A stretch of 64,000 bases of DNA from an uncultured delta proteobacterium (GCA_963745265.1 CAVUXQ010000034.1:41560-105559); one strand, 5' to 3'; positions 9,850-23,586 are shown, numbered from the stretch's first letter. Made by a program: numbers and translations. Notes: a model not told the origin generated them from the letters alone.

Positions 9850-10413
9850 TTATTCTTTGACCCGGGTTACGTATTCTCCGGTCCGGGTATCGATCTGAAT
9901 CCGGTCGCCTTCCTCGACAAAAGGCGGCACCTGCAGTTGGTACCCCGTTTCCACGGTAACCGGTTTGGTGTCGGTTCCCGAGGTATCTCCCTTGACCCAG
10001 GGATCCGCTCTGGTGACCGTCATGTTGACAAAAATTGGCAGACTGACATCAATGGGTTTGCTCTCGAAGAAGAGGACGTCGATCTCCATGTTATCGATCA
10101 GAAAGCTGACATTGTCACCCAACTGCTCCGTAGTCAAGAAGAGCTGTTCGTAATTCTCCGTATCCATGAAATGATATTCATCTTCCTGGTTGTAGAGATA
10201 TTGCATCTTCCGTTCCTCGAGATCCGCTTTTTCAAATTTATCACCAGAACGATAGGTCTTGGCCAGTTGGTTGCCCGTGATCATGTTCCGCATCTTACAG
10301 CGGTACAACGCCTGCCCCTTACCGGGTTTGGAGAATTCAAACTCGGTGATAATATAAGGACTTCCATCAATCTGCAGTTTAAGACCCTTGCGCAGGTCCG
10401 AAGCACTCAACAT
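9850..10413 (-). CDS. efp: elongation factor P
   Basis: 187 aa. MLSASDLRKGLKLQIDGSPYIITEFEFSKPGKGQALYRCKMRNMITG. The KPGKGQA loop is the lysine type, which fits the adjacent epmA. Confidence 0.95.
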   Translation of the reverse strand: MLSASDLRKGLKLQIDGSPYIITEFEFSKPGKGQALYRCKMRNMITGNQLAKTYRSGDKFEKADLEERKMQYLYNQEDEYHFMDTENYEQLFLTTEQLGDNVSFLIDNMEIDVLFFESKPIDVSLPIFVNMTVTRADPWVKGDTSGTDTKPVTVETGYQLQVPPFVEEGDRIQIDTRTGEYVTRVKE

Positions 10414-10590
10414 AATGTTTCTCCATAGTATCGGCAGGGCCGATGATTAGTCATCCACAAGTTTGGCGGGACCTTATTGACCGGCAGCAACCGTACAAGT
10501 AAAACTCTGCCCCGGCAAAGCGCACTGACGATGGCATCGGTTTCCGGTGGAAAGGGATTTCAATCGCCCAGATCAATACGTCCAAGCCAT

Positions 10591-10737
10591 CCAGGAGTAT
10601 GACGGATTGGAGGCATTTTTCTCAGATCGAGGCGTTTCTCGAAACCTACGCGCAGCCATTTGTATGATATTGCAAGCATTCCTTTTCGAACGCGACAAAG
10701 ATATGGGAAAAAAGGACACAATCCGACAGGCTCCAGG
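10591..10737 (+). repeat. decayed copy of the 149-bp MITE-like element (family 1)
   Basis: ccaggagtatgacggattggaggcatttttctcagatcgaggc...gatatgggaaaaaaggacacaatccgacaggctccagg aligns end to end with the consensus but with many substitutions. Confidence 0.5.
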
Positions 10738-10819
10738 AAGTGGGGTTTCTTCCGTCGAAGCAGACAATATACCTGCTCACCGCGCTCTTTGGCAACTGTT
10801 ATGCCGTGTTTTTGCCATC

Positions 10820-10872
10820 CGTTCACCAGCGGGCCATCCTTGGCGTGATCAGGCTGTCGCGCAAGAGATAGG
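10820..10872 (-). repeat. family-2 repeat, solo half-element
   Basis: cgttcaccagcgggccatccttggcgtgatcaggctgtcgcgcaagagatagg aligns with the other half copies. Confidence 0.45.
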
Positions 10873-10879
10873 CTACAAT

Positions 10880-11053
10880 TCAACAATCCGGAGAGCCTGC
10901 AGGGGCCTGTGAACCATTTGCAATGTACGGGTTTGACGAGTGTTCAGAACTCTGGCAACCGCCAAAACATTTTGCGCGCGCAGCACGGTATGGCCAGTCC
11001 ACGCACCGCCTGCACAACCGATGAATTGAATGCCAAAGGCACTCTTGTGACAT
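10880..11053 (-). CDS. candidate 57-aa cysteine-rich small protein (not in ORF track)
   Basis: A canonical AAGGAGG (11059..11065) lies 5 nt upstream of the ATG at 11053. Translation: MSQECLWHSIHRLCRRCVDWPYRAARAKCFGGCQSSEHSSNPYIANGSQAPAGSPDC*. I recognise no family. Confidence 0.35.
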   Translation of the reverse strand: MSQECLWHSIHRLCRRCVDWPYRAARAKCFGGCQSSEHSSNPYIANGSQAPAGSPDC

Positions 11054-11171
11054 TTTTTCCTCCTTTTTTCAAGTTTTCCCATGCATCCATCTTGGTCTGG
11101 AGTTACTATCTGCACTATTTGCACCTTGTACCCGGCCTTTTTCGACCGGGTCCCCACTGGAGAAGAAATAA

Positions 11172-11669
11172 ATGACCAGAGTTGGTATACTCTCAGACAC
11201 ACATCTCACCACGTGCAGCGATTCTTTCCGGCGATCGGTAGCCGAAGCCTTTTCCGACTGCGACACCATCATCCACGCCGGCGACCTGACCGACCTCTCG
11301 GTACTGGAAGCGTTCGAGGGGAAACGCGTTCATGCAGTGAGCGGCAACATGTGCGACCATCTGGCCAGTCAGGCTCTGCCCTCCTCCCGCACCGTAACGC
11401 TGCACGGTTTCGCTATCGGCATCTCCCACGGCGCCGGACCGCGGCACAACATTGAGGAACGGTTAATCGAACTGTTCCCAGAAGCGGACTGCATAATTTT
11501 CGGACACACGCATATCCCGGTCTGCCGTTATATCGGCAAAACGCTCTTCTTCAATCCCGGCAGTTTTCAAGGAACCGGTCGATACGGAGCACCGGGAACC
11601 TATGGAATACTGGAAATAGACTCACGCGGTTTACATCCTTCACTTCATGAACTGCGAAGAAACATATGA
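11172..11669 (+). CDS. YfcE/MJ0936-family metallophosphoesterase
   Basis: ILSDTHL...IIHAGDL...VSGNMD-like...IIFGHTHIP metallophosphoesterase motifs. 165 aa. Confidence 0.8.
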   Translation: MTRVGILSDTHLTTCSDSFRRSVAEAFSDCDTIIHAGDLTDLSVLEAFEGKRVHAVSGNMCDHLASQALPSSRTVTLHGFAIGISHGAGPRHNIEERLIELFPEADCIIFGHTHIPVCRYIGKTLFFNPGSFQGTGRYGAPGTYGILEIDSRGLHPSLHELRRNI

Positions 11670-12175
11670 AAACGTTGTGGAGCCCATGGCGCCTGGTACA
11701 CGTTCTCGGCCAGGCCCCCAGAAAACCCGGTTGTCTGTTCGAGCCGAGCGCTACGCTTGAGAGCAGCAAAGAAGATTTGCTTCTCTATCGCGACGCCACC
11801 ACCGTGGTACTTCTCAACCGCTTCCCATATGCCAACGGCCACCTGCTGGTCGCGCCACGCCGTCATGCTGCATGCATCACTGAACTCGACAGAGCGGAAA
11901 ACCACGCCCTGGCGGACATGGTACAAGCATCGGCTACGATCTTAAGACGCGTGCTACAACCCGACGGGTTGAACATCGGGCTCAATATCGGTGCTGCCGC
12001 AGGTGCCGGTATCGCCGATCACCTGCACTATCACCTGGTGCCTCGTTGGACCGACGACCATAACTTTATGACCGTGCTGGCCGAAGTCAGAACGATTCCC
12101 GAACACATCGAGACCACGTTCGAGAAGCTTCTCCCTGAATTCAAAAAACTCCGCACACAACCCAAGCAATCATGA
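11666..12175 (+). CDS. HIT-family protein (Ap4A phosphorylase/GalT-like branch)
   Basis: [19 protein letters not shown] and the histidine triad [10 protein letters not shown]. The start overlaps the yfcE stop (ATGA). Confidence 0.8.
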   Translation: MKTLWSPWRLVHVLGQAPRKPGCLFEPSATLESSKEDLLLYRDATTVVLLNRFPYANGHLLVAPRRHAACITELDRAENHALADMVQASATILRRVLQPDGLNIGLNIGAAAGAGIADHLHYHLVPRWTDDHNFMTVLAEVRTIPEHIETTFEKLLPEFKKLRTQPKQS

Positions 12176-14839
12176 CCGCAAGTCCGAAACTCACTCCCAT
12201 GCTGCGGCAATACCTGGAAATCAAGGAGCAGCACCAGGATGCGATTCTCTTCTACCGCATGGGCGATTTTTATGAGATGTTCTTCGACGATGCAGAAACC
12301 GCATCGAAGATCCTCGGTATCACGCTTACCTCCCGAAACAACAAAAGCGACGCCGAACAAAGTGCCGATGTGCGGCGTGCCGTACCACGCTGTTCAGAAC
12401 TATCTCGCCAAGTTAGTCCGGGCCGGCCGAAAAGTTGCCATATGCGAACAGGTTGAAAATCCCGCTGAAGCCAAAGGAATCGTCAAACGCGAGGTGACCC
12501 GGGTGGTTTCCCCGGGAGTGGTCACCGACGAGGGACTGCTCGATGAGAAGAGTAACAATTACGTCTGCGCCATCATCGCCAAAGATCAGAGTTCCCAGAC
12601 CCTCTACGGCATCGCTTTTCTCGATGCCAGCACCGGTGAATACCTGGTTGGAGAATACGTGGACGATACCGCGCGCGGCGGAGTCGTCCTCGACCAACTC
12701 AGCAGACTCACCCCATCCGAACTTCTCATTTCCGATGGGCAGCGCGACAGTCTCGAGGGCCTGATACGTGACGCACAAGTGCTGCTCCCCGAACTCTGCA
12801 TCACCGAGCGAAGCGAATCGCTGTTTCATCTGCCGACCCTAAAGGAAAAGCTGCTTGAGCACTTCGGAGTGGCCACTCTCGACGGCTTCGGTTGCGGCGG
12901 TTATTCCCACGGCATCGGTGCCGCCGGCATACTGCTCGACTATATTCTGGAAACTCAGAAATCCGACCTGGATCACATTCGCCGCTTGACCCCCATCGAC
13001 CTGGAATCAGTGCTTCAGATCGATGACTCCTCCCGGCGCAATTTAGAGCTGACCCAGACCATTATCGGCGGTAAACGCGAAGGTTCCCTGCTCTCTGTAC
13101 TCGACCGGACCTGCACCCCCATGGGCGCTCGAATGCTTCGCCACGACCTACTCTTCCCGCTCCGAGATACCACCAGGATCAATGCCCGACTTGATGCAGT
13201 AGCTTTCCTGCACCAGAACAGTGGCGTTCGCCGCAGGCTCCGTGAAGCGCTGGACGCCGTCTATGATCTGGAGCGGCTGACCAGCCGTATGATTCTCGGC
13301 TCCGGCAATGGACGCGACATGCTGGCCATGAAGCATTCCCTCGCGCAGCTCCCCTCCATCCAGCAGCTCCTCGAACAATGCGACACTGCCAGACTCCAGG
13401 CGATCGCTCACGACTTCGACCCGCTCACCGATCTCCATCAACTCCTCGAGTGCGCCATCCATCCCGAACCGCCGATAACCCTTAGAGACGGCAATCTGAT
13501 CAAGGAGGGATACAATGAGGAACTCGACGAACTCATCGCCATCCAGCGGGACGGGAAGAAAACAATCCTCGCCATGGAAGCAGCCGAACGAGACGCCACC
13601 GGTATCGCCAAGCTCAAAGTCGGATTCAACAAGGTTTTCGGCTACTATTTCGAGGCAAGCAAGGCGCACGCTGCGAAGATACCGAGCCACTTTATCCGCA
13701 AGCAGACCCTGGTTAACGCTGAACGCTTCATCACTCCGCAACTCAAGGAATTCGAGAGCAAGGTTCTGGGAGCCCAGGATAGGAAACTCGAACTCGAATA
13801 CGAGTTGTTCGTGGCTGTCCGTAGCCAACTCGCCGCCGCCAGCAGCCGCTTGCTCGAGACGGCCCGGCATCTCGCCGCAGTGGACATCTCTTGCGCCCTG
13901 GCCGAAGGAGCGCAGCACTACAATTACTCCCGACCCCGGATTTCAGACGCAGAGGAAATCACCATCCGTGAGGGACGCCACCCCGTAATCGAGCGGTCAC
14001 TGCCGGCGGGTAAATTCGTTCCCAACGATATCAGCCTTGATCAGAAAGACCGGCAGGTACTGATTATCACCGGTCCGAACATGGCCGGCAAATCAACCGT
14101 CCTGCGTCAAACCGCTCTCATCGTCCTTATGGCTCAGATGGGCAGTTTTGTTCCAGCCGCCGAAGCCGATATAGGCCTCGTCGACAAAATCTTCACTCGA
14201 GTCGGCGCGATGGACGATCTCAGACGGGGGCAGTCAACCTTTATGGTCGAAATGAGCGAAACCGCCAACATCCTCAATAACGCCACGCCGAAGAGCCTGG
14301 TTATTCTCGATGAAATCGGGCGCGGCACCTCCACCTACGACGGACTTTCCATTGCCTGGGCTGTCGCCGAAGATCTGGCCGGCAAAGAGAATCGGGGGGT
14401 CAAAACGCTTTTTGCCACCCATTACCACGAACTGACCGATTTGGCGCGGACACTCGATCGGGTACAAAATTACTCCATTGCGGTTCGCGAATGGAATAAA
14501 TCTATTATTTTCCTGCACAAGCTCGTGGAAGGCGGCGCCAATCGAAGTTACGGCATCCAGGTGGCCGGTCTTGCCGGGGTTCCTCCCCATGTGGTCCGCA
14601 GAGCAGAAGAGATCCTCAAGAATATTGAGCAGGGAGAGTTCGACCAGAGCGGTCAGCCAGCGATCGCCCGCTCTGCCACTAGAAAAAAAGGCAAACGGCG
14701 CAGCCACCCGGATCAGCTCTCGCTGTTCCCACCGATTCAAGACCAGGTGCGTACTTTTCTCGCCGATATTGACGCCGACAATTTAACACCACGGCAAGCT
14801 CTCGAGGTTGTTTACACGTTAAAGGAGTTGCTTCGCTGA
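12172..14839 (+). pseudogene. mutS: DNA mismatch repair protein MutS, one frameshift near 12352-12360
   Basis: ORF 12172..12456 starts [42 protein letters not shown]...[14 protein letters not shown] 12239..14839 continues in the next frame from [31 protein letters not shown] to the Walker [10 protein letters not shown] and the C-terminus. Confidence 0.9.
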
Positions 14840-15100
14840 GTTTTTTGTAGCTACCCGCTTTTTGCAGGTTTTATATCATGGCAACTATTCTGAAAGCGCA
14901 ATTTAAACTAGAGCTTCATTTCCCGCCCGATTTCCTTTTATTTTGCCATACCTCCCGCATTTTAGTATATTCGATGGTAATTAGTCCGAAGTGCGGGCTG
15001 CAACAGCCATAATGACGCCGGGACGAACAAATGCGCTGGTCTTTTCGTTTCGCCCCCGCATCATATCGTCCACCACAGGAAACGGTCTGTAGAACACCAG

Positions 15101-16957
15101 ATGCATCGAACCGCCGCTTTCACACTGTTTTTCACCCTTGCCTTCTTTTTGACGGCAGTTGTGCCATCGCCAGCGTCGCGGACAACGATGCGTATCGATG
15201 CTCCGGATTCCCCTCAAAGTCTAAGCCGAAGGTACCATCAGGCAAAAGTCTTTTTCAGTCAGCTCGAAACCGACAACAAGCTCGGCTCTGTAGAGGAAAA
15301 TTGGCAAAAAGGCGCCCAGAACTTTCGTGAGCTTTATGACGCGGAGCCTCAATCCGACCTGGCGCCCTCTTGTCTGTATATGCTCGGCCGTCTCTATCGC
15401 GCCGCTTATAAGCATTTTTCCACCGCGAAAGACCTCGACCAATCTATTACAGCATATCTCACAACACAACGTCTGTTTCCCGAATCCCGCCTTGCCGACG
15501 ACTCCTATTATGCTATCGGCCTTATCTATCTCAAGGACAAAAACGATCCAAAAACCGCTGCCACCTACCTCTCCAAGGTAGTTGAGGACTATCCAACGGG
15601 CGACATGCACCCCTTGGCGGCAGATCTTCTCAAGCAACTTTCCCGGGATCACGACATTGCCTTACCCAAGGTAATGATCGGCAATCCCAGTCTGAGTAAC
15701 CTCAACTATGTTTTACCTGTCAAATACTGGTCCTCCGATGATTATACCCGAGTGGTGGTTATGGCCTCCGGGCCGGTAAAATACAGGGCCCAGCTTCTTG
15801 AAGAAACAAAAGATCAACCACGACGCCTCTATATTGACTTCAATGACAGTTATATCGAACCAAAGTACCGGGCACCGGTACCCATTGAAGACGGCCTGCT
15901 GAAACAAATCCGGACCGGCCAATTCACCAAGGATACGGTTCGCGTAGTCCTCGACATCCAGAGCATCGACAACTACAAAATATACAGCCTGCCCGATCCT
16001 TTTCGGGTGGTCATCGACGTGCGCGGCGAATCGATGCCGGACCACCAGCTTGCCGACCGCGGTAAACCTTCACCTGTTAATCCCGCAGCCCCTCTCTCCA
16101 TCGCCACCGCTACTTCCTCACCTGTCGTGTTGCGCGATCAGAAAAAATTCTCCTCCAGATACAGGGTAATCAGTCCGGTTAAGAGAAAAGCATTGACATC
16201 CTCTGCTTTCCATGAGCCTGTACTTTCACTAGCCCAACAGCTCGGCCTCGGAGTAAAAACGATCGTTCTCGATCCAGGACATGGAGGCAAAGATCCGGGT
16301 GCCATCGCCAATGGCATAAAAGAAAAGGATATCGTTCTCGAACTGGCGAAAGAACTCAAGCCTGTCCTGGAGAACGAACTTGGCTGCAAGGTTATTCTGA
16401 CTCGATCCGATGATCGCTTCATTTCCCTTGAAGAACGCACGGCAATAGCTAACACGCACCACGCCGACCTTTTCATTTCCCTGCATGTCAATGCCCACCC
16501 TTCCCCTAGCGTGCACGGACTTGAGACCTATTACCTCAACCTCACCACCAACGCTGAAGCCATGCGGGTCGCTGCCCGCGAAAATGCCACTTCCACGCAT
16601 CAGATGAGCGATCTCCAGGATATCCTCTCCGATCTTCTCAAGAATTCCAAGATCAATGAATCCTCACGCCTAGCCAGTCGAGTGCACCATTCCATTCTGA
16701 AAGGACTGCGGAGCGGTGGGCTTGGACCGGTTCGAAATCTTGGGGTCAAGCAGGCCCCATTTTACGTTCTTATTGGTGCGCAGATGCCTGCCATTCTTGT
16801 CGAAGTTGCTTTTATCACCAACAAAAATGATGCGCAACACCTTCAATCTCCCCAATATATTTCGACTCTTGCCGATGACATCGCTCTGGGTGTTCATTCT
16901 TACGTAAGCACAAATACTGCCAGCTTGAACCTTCCCGATCCGAAAGCCAACGACTGA
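15101..16957 (+). CDS. N-acetylmuramoyl-L-alanine amidase with N-terminal TPR-like and AMIN domains (AmiC-like)
   Basis: Signal-peptide-like N-terminus. AMIN-like block VKYWSSDDYTRVVVMASGP...VRVVLDI...FRVVIDV. Amidase_3 block IVLDPGHGGKDPGA...ADLFISLHVNA...GLETYYL. Confidence 0.8.
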   Translation: MHRTAAFTLFFTLAFFLTAVVPSPASRTTMRIDAPDSPQSLSRRYHQAKVFFSQLETDNKLGSVEENWQKGAQNFRELYDAEPQSDLAPSCLYMLGRLYRAAYKHFSTAKDLDQSITAYLTTQRLFPESRLADDSYYAIGLIYLKDKNDPKTAATYLSKVVEDYPTGDMHPLAADLLKQLSRDHDIALPKVMIGNPSLSNLNYVLPVKYWSSDDYTRVVVMASGPVKYRAQLLEETKDQPRRLYIDFNDSYIEPKYRAPVPIEDGLLKQIRTGQFTKDTVRVVLDIQSIDNYKIYSLPDPFRVVIDVRGESMPDHQLADRGKPSPVNPAAPLSIATATSSPVVLRDQKKFSSRYRVISPVKRKALTSSAFHEPVLSLAQQLGLGVKTIVLDPGHGGKDPGAIANGIKEKDIVLELAKELKPVLENELGCKVILTRSDDRFISLEERTAIANTHHADLFISLHVNAHPSPSVHGLETYYLNLTTNAEAMRVAARENATSTHQMSDLQDILSDLLKNSKINESSRLASRVHHSILKGLRSGGLGPVRNLGVKQAPFYVLIGAQMPAILVEVAFITNKNDAQHLQSPQYISTLADDIALGVHSYVSTNTASLNLPDPKAND

Positions 16958-17125
16958 ACACCTCTCGATACGACTCCCCCTCAACATTAATCTTTAACGC
17001 GTATTTCAGGATCCCTCCCAAAAAAACAGGGTCCTGTTCAGCGGGCAAGCCCATAGTTGCCCAAACCAATACGTTTTAAGCGTTCCCAGGGTAACCAAAC
17101 TCCGGCATAGCTAATGAACTGTAAT

Positions 17126-17249
17126 CGTTCTCCAGTGCCCCATGCCCCAGGTTGGCACAGGTCAACAACGACTCGGAGTAGTCTGGCGGGCCATAACGCC
17201 TATCTCTGCATGCCAGACTGATCGCGCCCAAATGGGGTGCGGGTGGACG
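17126..17249. repeat. family-2 palindromic element, full copy
   Basis: cgttctccagtgccccatgccccaggttgg...cccaaatggggtgcgggtggacg. The arms are mutually complementary and the interior aligns with the copy at 29437. Confidence 0.6.
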
Positions 17250-17318
17250 TTCACCACTTTTTTGCCAACCCATCATCGAATCATCGCTTTTTTTCTAATC
17301 AACAATCGTGGTATTTGG

Positions 17319-17354
17319 AAAAAAAAGGGGCCGTCCACAATTGCGGACGGCCCC
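17319..17354 (-). terminator. Rho-independent terminator after atpC
   Basis: Perfect 10-bp stem ggggccgtcc/ggacggcccc with an 8-nt loop. It is followed on the minus strand by T8 (A8 at 17319..17326) and lies 55 nt downstream of the atpC stop. Confidence 0.75.
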
Positions 17355-17408
17355 TCATCATACGCTCTTTTTTACTGCATCTGCTGGCAGATTACAGCTT
17401 AGCTTTTT

Positions 17409-17818
17409 TCAACGCTTCGCTGTCTTCAACCTCGCAAGCGCACGCTGAAGTGCAGCTTCTGCACGCGCTCTATTTACATTGTCTTCATGTGCGGAAACTT
17501 GGGCAAGGCGTTTTTCCGCCCGTTCTTTAGCCCTCATGGCCCTATCAACATCTATTTCCTCACCAAATTCGGCACTCTCAACAAGAAATGTGATCTTATT
17601 ATTGGAGACCTCACAGAAACCTCCACTTACCATAAGGCTTTTCTCTGGCTGATCCTTCTCGTAGGTAATGTGCCAATCTTGATAGTCGACAGAAAAGGCG
17701 CATGATTGGCAAGCACACCAAAATCGCCACCGTATCCGGGAGCGTTGACGATATCCACATCGTCATCGACAAGCGCGCCCGTCGGAGTGACAACTTCCAG
17801 TCTAATCTGTTGTGCCAT
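17409..17818 (-). pseudogene. atpC: F1 ATP synthase epsilon subunit, frameshifted
   Basis: ORF 17627..17818 ([44 protein letters not shown]) plus ORF 17409..17633 (...[30 protein letters not shown]) make a full epsilon. There is one frame change near 17630-17660. Confidence 0.85.
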
Positions 17819-17823
17819 CGGAT

Positions 17824-19266
<1,443 letters not shown>

Positions 19267-19316
19267 AGGGCCTTACCCCTCCTCAAAAGTCTTAGATTTT
19301 CCGTATAGTTCAAATA

Positions 19317-20197
19317 TTATTTAAGGGCTTCTGCACCGCCAACGATATCCATGAGTTCCGCTGTAATGGCGGCCTGGCGAGCCTTGTTGTATACGATGGT
19401 CAGATGATCGACAATATCCTTACATGCGTTGGTCGCATTATCCATGGCTGTCATCCTGGCGGCATGTTCACTTGCGCCGACCTCCAGCATGGCATGATAG
19501 ATCATGACGTTGAGATACAGTGGCTGGAGCACATCCATGATTTCTTCCGTGGAAGGCTCATAGATATATTCACCGGAGATCTTTTGTCGCCGCCGTCTCT
19601 TCACCGGCTTCGATGGGCTGAACCGGCAGAAATCTTGGTAACGGCCGGTCTCTGCTACAGCCACCGATTGAAATTCGCCGTAGATGACTTCAACCTTGTC
19701 CGCGTTGCCGCTCAAGAAAGTTTTCCGAGACGTCAGTGGCAATCTCCCGGGCGTTAAACATCTGGAAACGTGCCCATGATGTCGGTAAATTGCTTTCGAA
19801 CTTTCCCGGTTTTCGCAAGTAGCTGAAAGCCTTTTTTGCCGACACAGACAAGACTGACCGTTTTGCCTTCGGCCTCGTATTCAGCCATTTTCTTCTCGGC
19901 GAGCTTAATGATATTGGCATTAAAAGAGCCGCAGAGTCCGCGATCGGATGTGACGACGACCATACTCGACATTTTTCACTCGCGAGCTTCCATGAGAGGG
20001 AAACTATCCGGTGTTGGCTCCACTCGGACAGATTGGACATTGCCTCATTGAACTTGGAGGTATAGGGCCGAAAGTCCTCCATCTTTCTCCTGGGCACCGC
20101 GCAACCTTGCCGAGGCGACCATGTTCATGGCTTTGGTGATCTGGGATGTCTTCTTGACACCCTCGATCTTAGTTTGTACGTCTTTTAAACTGGGCAT
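19317..20197 (-). pseudogene. atpG: F1 ATP synthase gamma subunit, at least 6 frameshifts
   Basis: [38 protein letters not shown] (from the ATG at 20197), then [71 protein letters not shown] and the tail YEPSTEEIMDVL...MTAMDNATNA...ITAELMDIVGGAEALK are spread over all three frames. Confidence 0.85.
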
Positions 20198-20217
20198 AGC
20201 TCGGTACCTATCTTTGA

Positions 20218-21746
<1,529 letters not shown>

Positions 21747-22297
21747 CTATTCTCTCCCCTTAATGGAATCTTTTAAACCTGCAAGTTGTGTCTTGATACT
21801 GCCGTCCAATACCAGATCTCCTACCTTGGCAATGATGCCGCCAATGATGGATGGATCGACGCTGGTGGTCAGCTCGACCTTGCTTGCCTGTTAATTTTTC
21901 AAGTGTTGTCTGAACTTTGGCCTGCAGTTCATCACTCAGCTCAACTGCTGAAATGACACTGCCATGGCTGATGTTTTTCTCGTCATCGACCATGGCTCTG
22001 GAATTCTTCTGCAATTTCCGGCAGAATCTCAGCCCGTTTTCTTTTGAACCAGCAGATTCAGGAAATTGCTCATGACCTTATCGACGTTCGATCGAATCGA
22101 CAATTCCGACCATTACCTTTTCCCGGACGTCCAGCGGGTAGAGAGGGTTGGTCAGGGCATCTACCACTTCCGGAGTAGATATCATAGAGTTGCGCCACAG
22201 CCTTGAAGCGCCTCGTTATACGCTTCATATGGCCCTTTTCTTTGCCAACCGCAAATAGAGCCTTGGCGTATCGTCGTGCTAGGATTGTCTGTTTCAC
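21747..22297 (-). pseudogene. atpH: F1 ATP synthase delta subunit, at least 4 frameshifts
   Basis: MKQTILARRYAKALFAVGKEKG (start 22297), VVDALTNPLYPLDVREKVMVGIVDSIE, DKVMSNFLNLLVQKK, SVISAVELSDELQAKVQTTLEKLTGKQ and [43 protein letters not shown] (stop 21747, abutting the atpA ATG) lie in different frames. Confidence 0.8.
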
Positions 22298-22983
22298 TGT
22301 ACGGCCCCTACTTTAGCTAAATAATCTTCGACAATCTTCACCTGGTCATCAGCAGTGAGATTTTTCACGATCAACTCTTCAGCCATGGCAGCGGCCTGAT
22401 CTGCGATATCATTCTTTAAGGTGCGTCTGGCTTCCATGATTTCATTCTGGATGGTCATTTCGGCCTGACGCTGGATATCGGCAGCAGCCTGTTCAGCTTT
22501 CTCGATAATTTTGGCTTTTTCCATTTCAGCCTGAGCTACTGCGCGCTCGACCACTTTGTCGATCTCCCGCTCGACACCTGCAAGCTTGGTCTCGAAATCC
22601 TTATAGGATTGTTCCGCTTTGACTTTGCGAGCTTCAAGCCCTTCGATTTCATCTTTGATTCGCTGGCGGCGGTCACCCAGTCCCACACCTATTGGTTTGA
22701 TAACATATTTCACCAAGATGAACAGGAGAACCGCGAAGTTGAGTACCCGCCAGAACAGATTCCATAATTGGCTGGTAGTTACTCCTTCTTCTTCGACCGC
22801 TTCACCTTCATGCGTGGCTTCGCCATGCTTCTCTGCCGCTACCGCTTGAGTCGCATGTTCAACCTCCACGCCCTGACTCACCTGTTCAGGAGATGATGCC
22901 CAGACAGTCGGTGCAGATGTGGTAAACCAAAGCGCCACCATTACCAGGAGGGTTAGCCTGGCTACTAATTTCACTCCTCTCAT
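22294..22983 (-). CDS. atpF: Fo ATP synthase b subunit with about 70-aa N-terminal extension
   Basis: Intact 229-aa ORF. The TM helix WNLFWRVLNFAVLLFILVKYVIKPI is followed by the typical charged coiled coil. The ATG lies 2 nt after the b' stop. Confidence 0.85.
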   Translation of the reverse strand: MRGVKLVARLTLLVMVALWFTTSAPTVWASSPEQVSQGVEVEHATQAVAAEKHGEATHEGEAVEEEGVTTSQLWNLFWRVLNFAVLLFILVKYVIKPIGVGLGDRRQRIKDEIEGLEARKVKAEQSYKDFETKLAGVEREIDKVVERAVAQAEMEKAKIIEKAEQAAADIQRQAEMTIQNEIMEARRTLKNDIADQAAAMAEELIVKNLTADDQVKIVEDYLAKVGAVQ

Positions 22984-22985
22984 CG

Positions 22986-23411
22986 TTAGAGACTCCTCCC
23001 CAGAATTTTACCAGCCATATCAGCCGCGAAGAGGTCCAAATTGGCCTTGAGGCTATCCCTGGCACTCGCGATTTGCGTGCTGATCTCAGCCAGCTGCTTT
23101 GATTTTGCCGCTTCTGCCTCCGCCTTGATCTCGGCAAGCTTGGCATCCCCCGCTGCCTGCGCGTCGGCCCGGGCAGAATCCAGAGCGGCTTTCGCTTTAC
23201 CGGACGCCTTGGCCATCTTAGCATCGACTTCTTCCTGCCTGAGCTGGGCGTTTTTCTCAAACTTCGAGATATCCCCCTGCATCCCCTGCAGTCTTTCAGA
23301 TCTCTCCCGCATGATTTTCTTTACCGGCTTGTAAAGAACCCCATTGAGGAGAAACATGAGTACAAACATGTTGATGATCTGAATCACCAAAGTAATGTCA
23401 ATAGTAACCAT
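22986..23411 (-). CDS. Fo ATP synthase b' subunit
   Basis: Intact 141 aa. N-terminal TM helix ITLVIQIINMFVLMFLLNGVLYKPV followed by an Ala/Lys/Glu-rich helix. It is the first gene of the atpF'FHAGDC block. Confidence 0.8.
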   Translation of the reverse strand: MVTIDITLVIQIINMFVLMFLLNGVLYKPVKKIMRERSERLQGMQGDISKFEKNAQLRQEEVDAKMAKASGKAKAALDSARADAQAAGDAKLAEIKAEAEAAKSKQLAEISTQIASARDSLKANLDLFAADMAGKILGRSL

Positions 23412-23557
23412 GTCAGTAAGCTCCCCTTAAACTTAAAATAAGTAAAAAAACTAACATTCATAAAAATGAATGATGACCGCAATCTGGAGGCAGACGATAT
23501 CAACAAATGAGAATCGCTCTGAAAACACAATGAACGACCATTCACAACAGCAAAAAA

Positions 23558-23586
23558 TTCTTACTGTAAATATGGTTCTCTGTCAA
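23558..23586 (-). promoter_or_regulatory. candidate sigma70-type promoter of the atpF' operon
   Basis: The minus strand reads TTGACA (23581..23586), a 17-nt spacer, then TAAGAA(T) (23558..23563), about 150 nt upstream of the atpF' start. This is a sequence match only. Confidence 0.3.

Noticed and set aside
13148-13918. Long antisense ORFs inside mutS, glgA (36231..36950), the UbiD gene (40849..41631), atpB (46171..46914), alaS and secDF
   Set aside because: Same reasoning as above. Each is nested opposite a well-supported conserved gene and shows no family signature.
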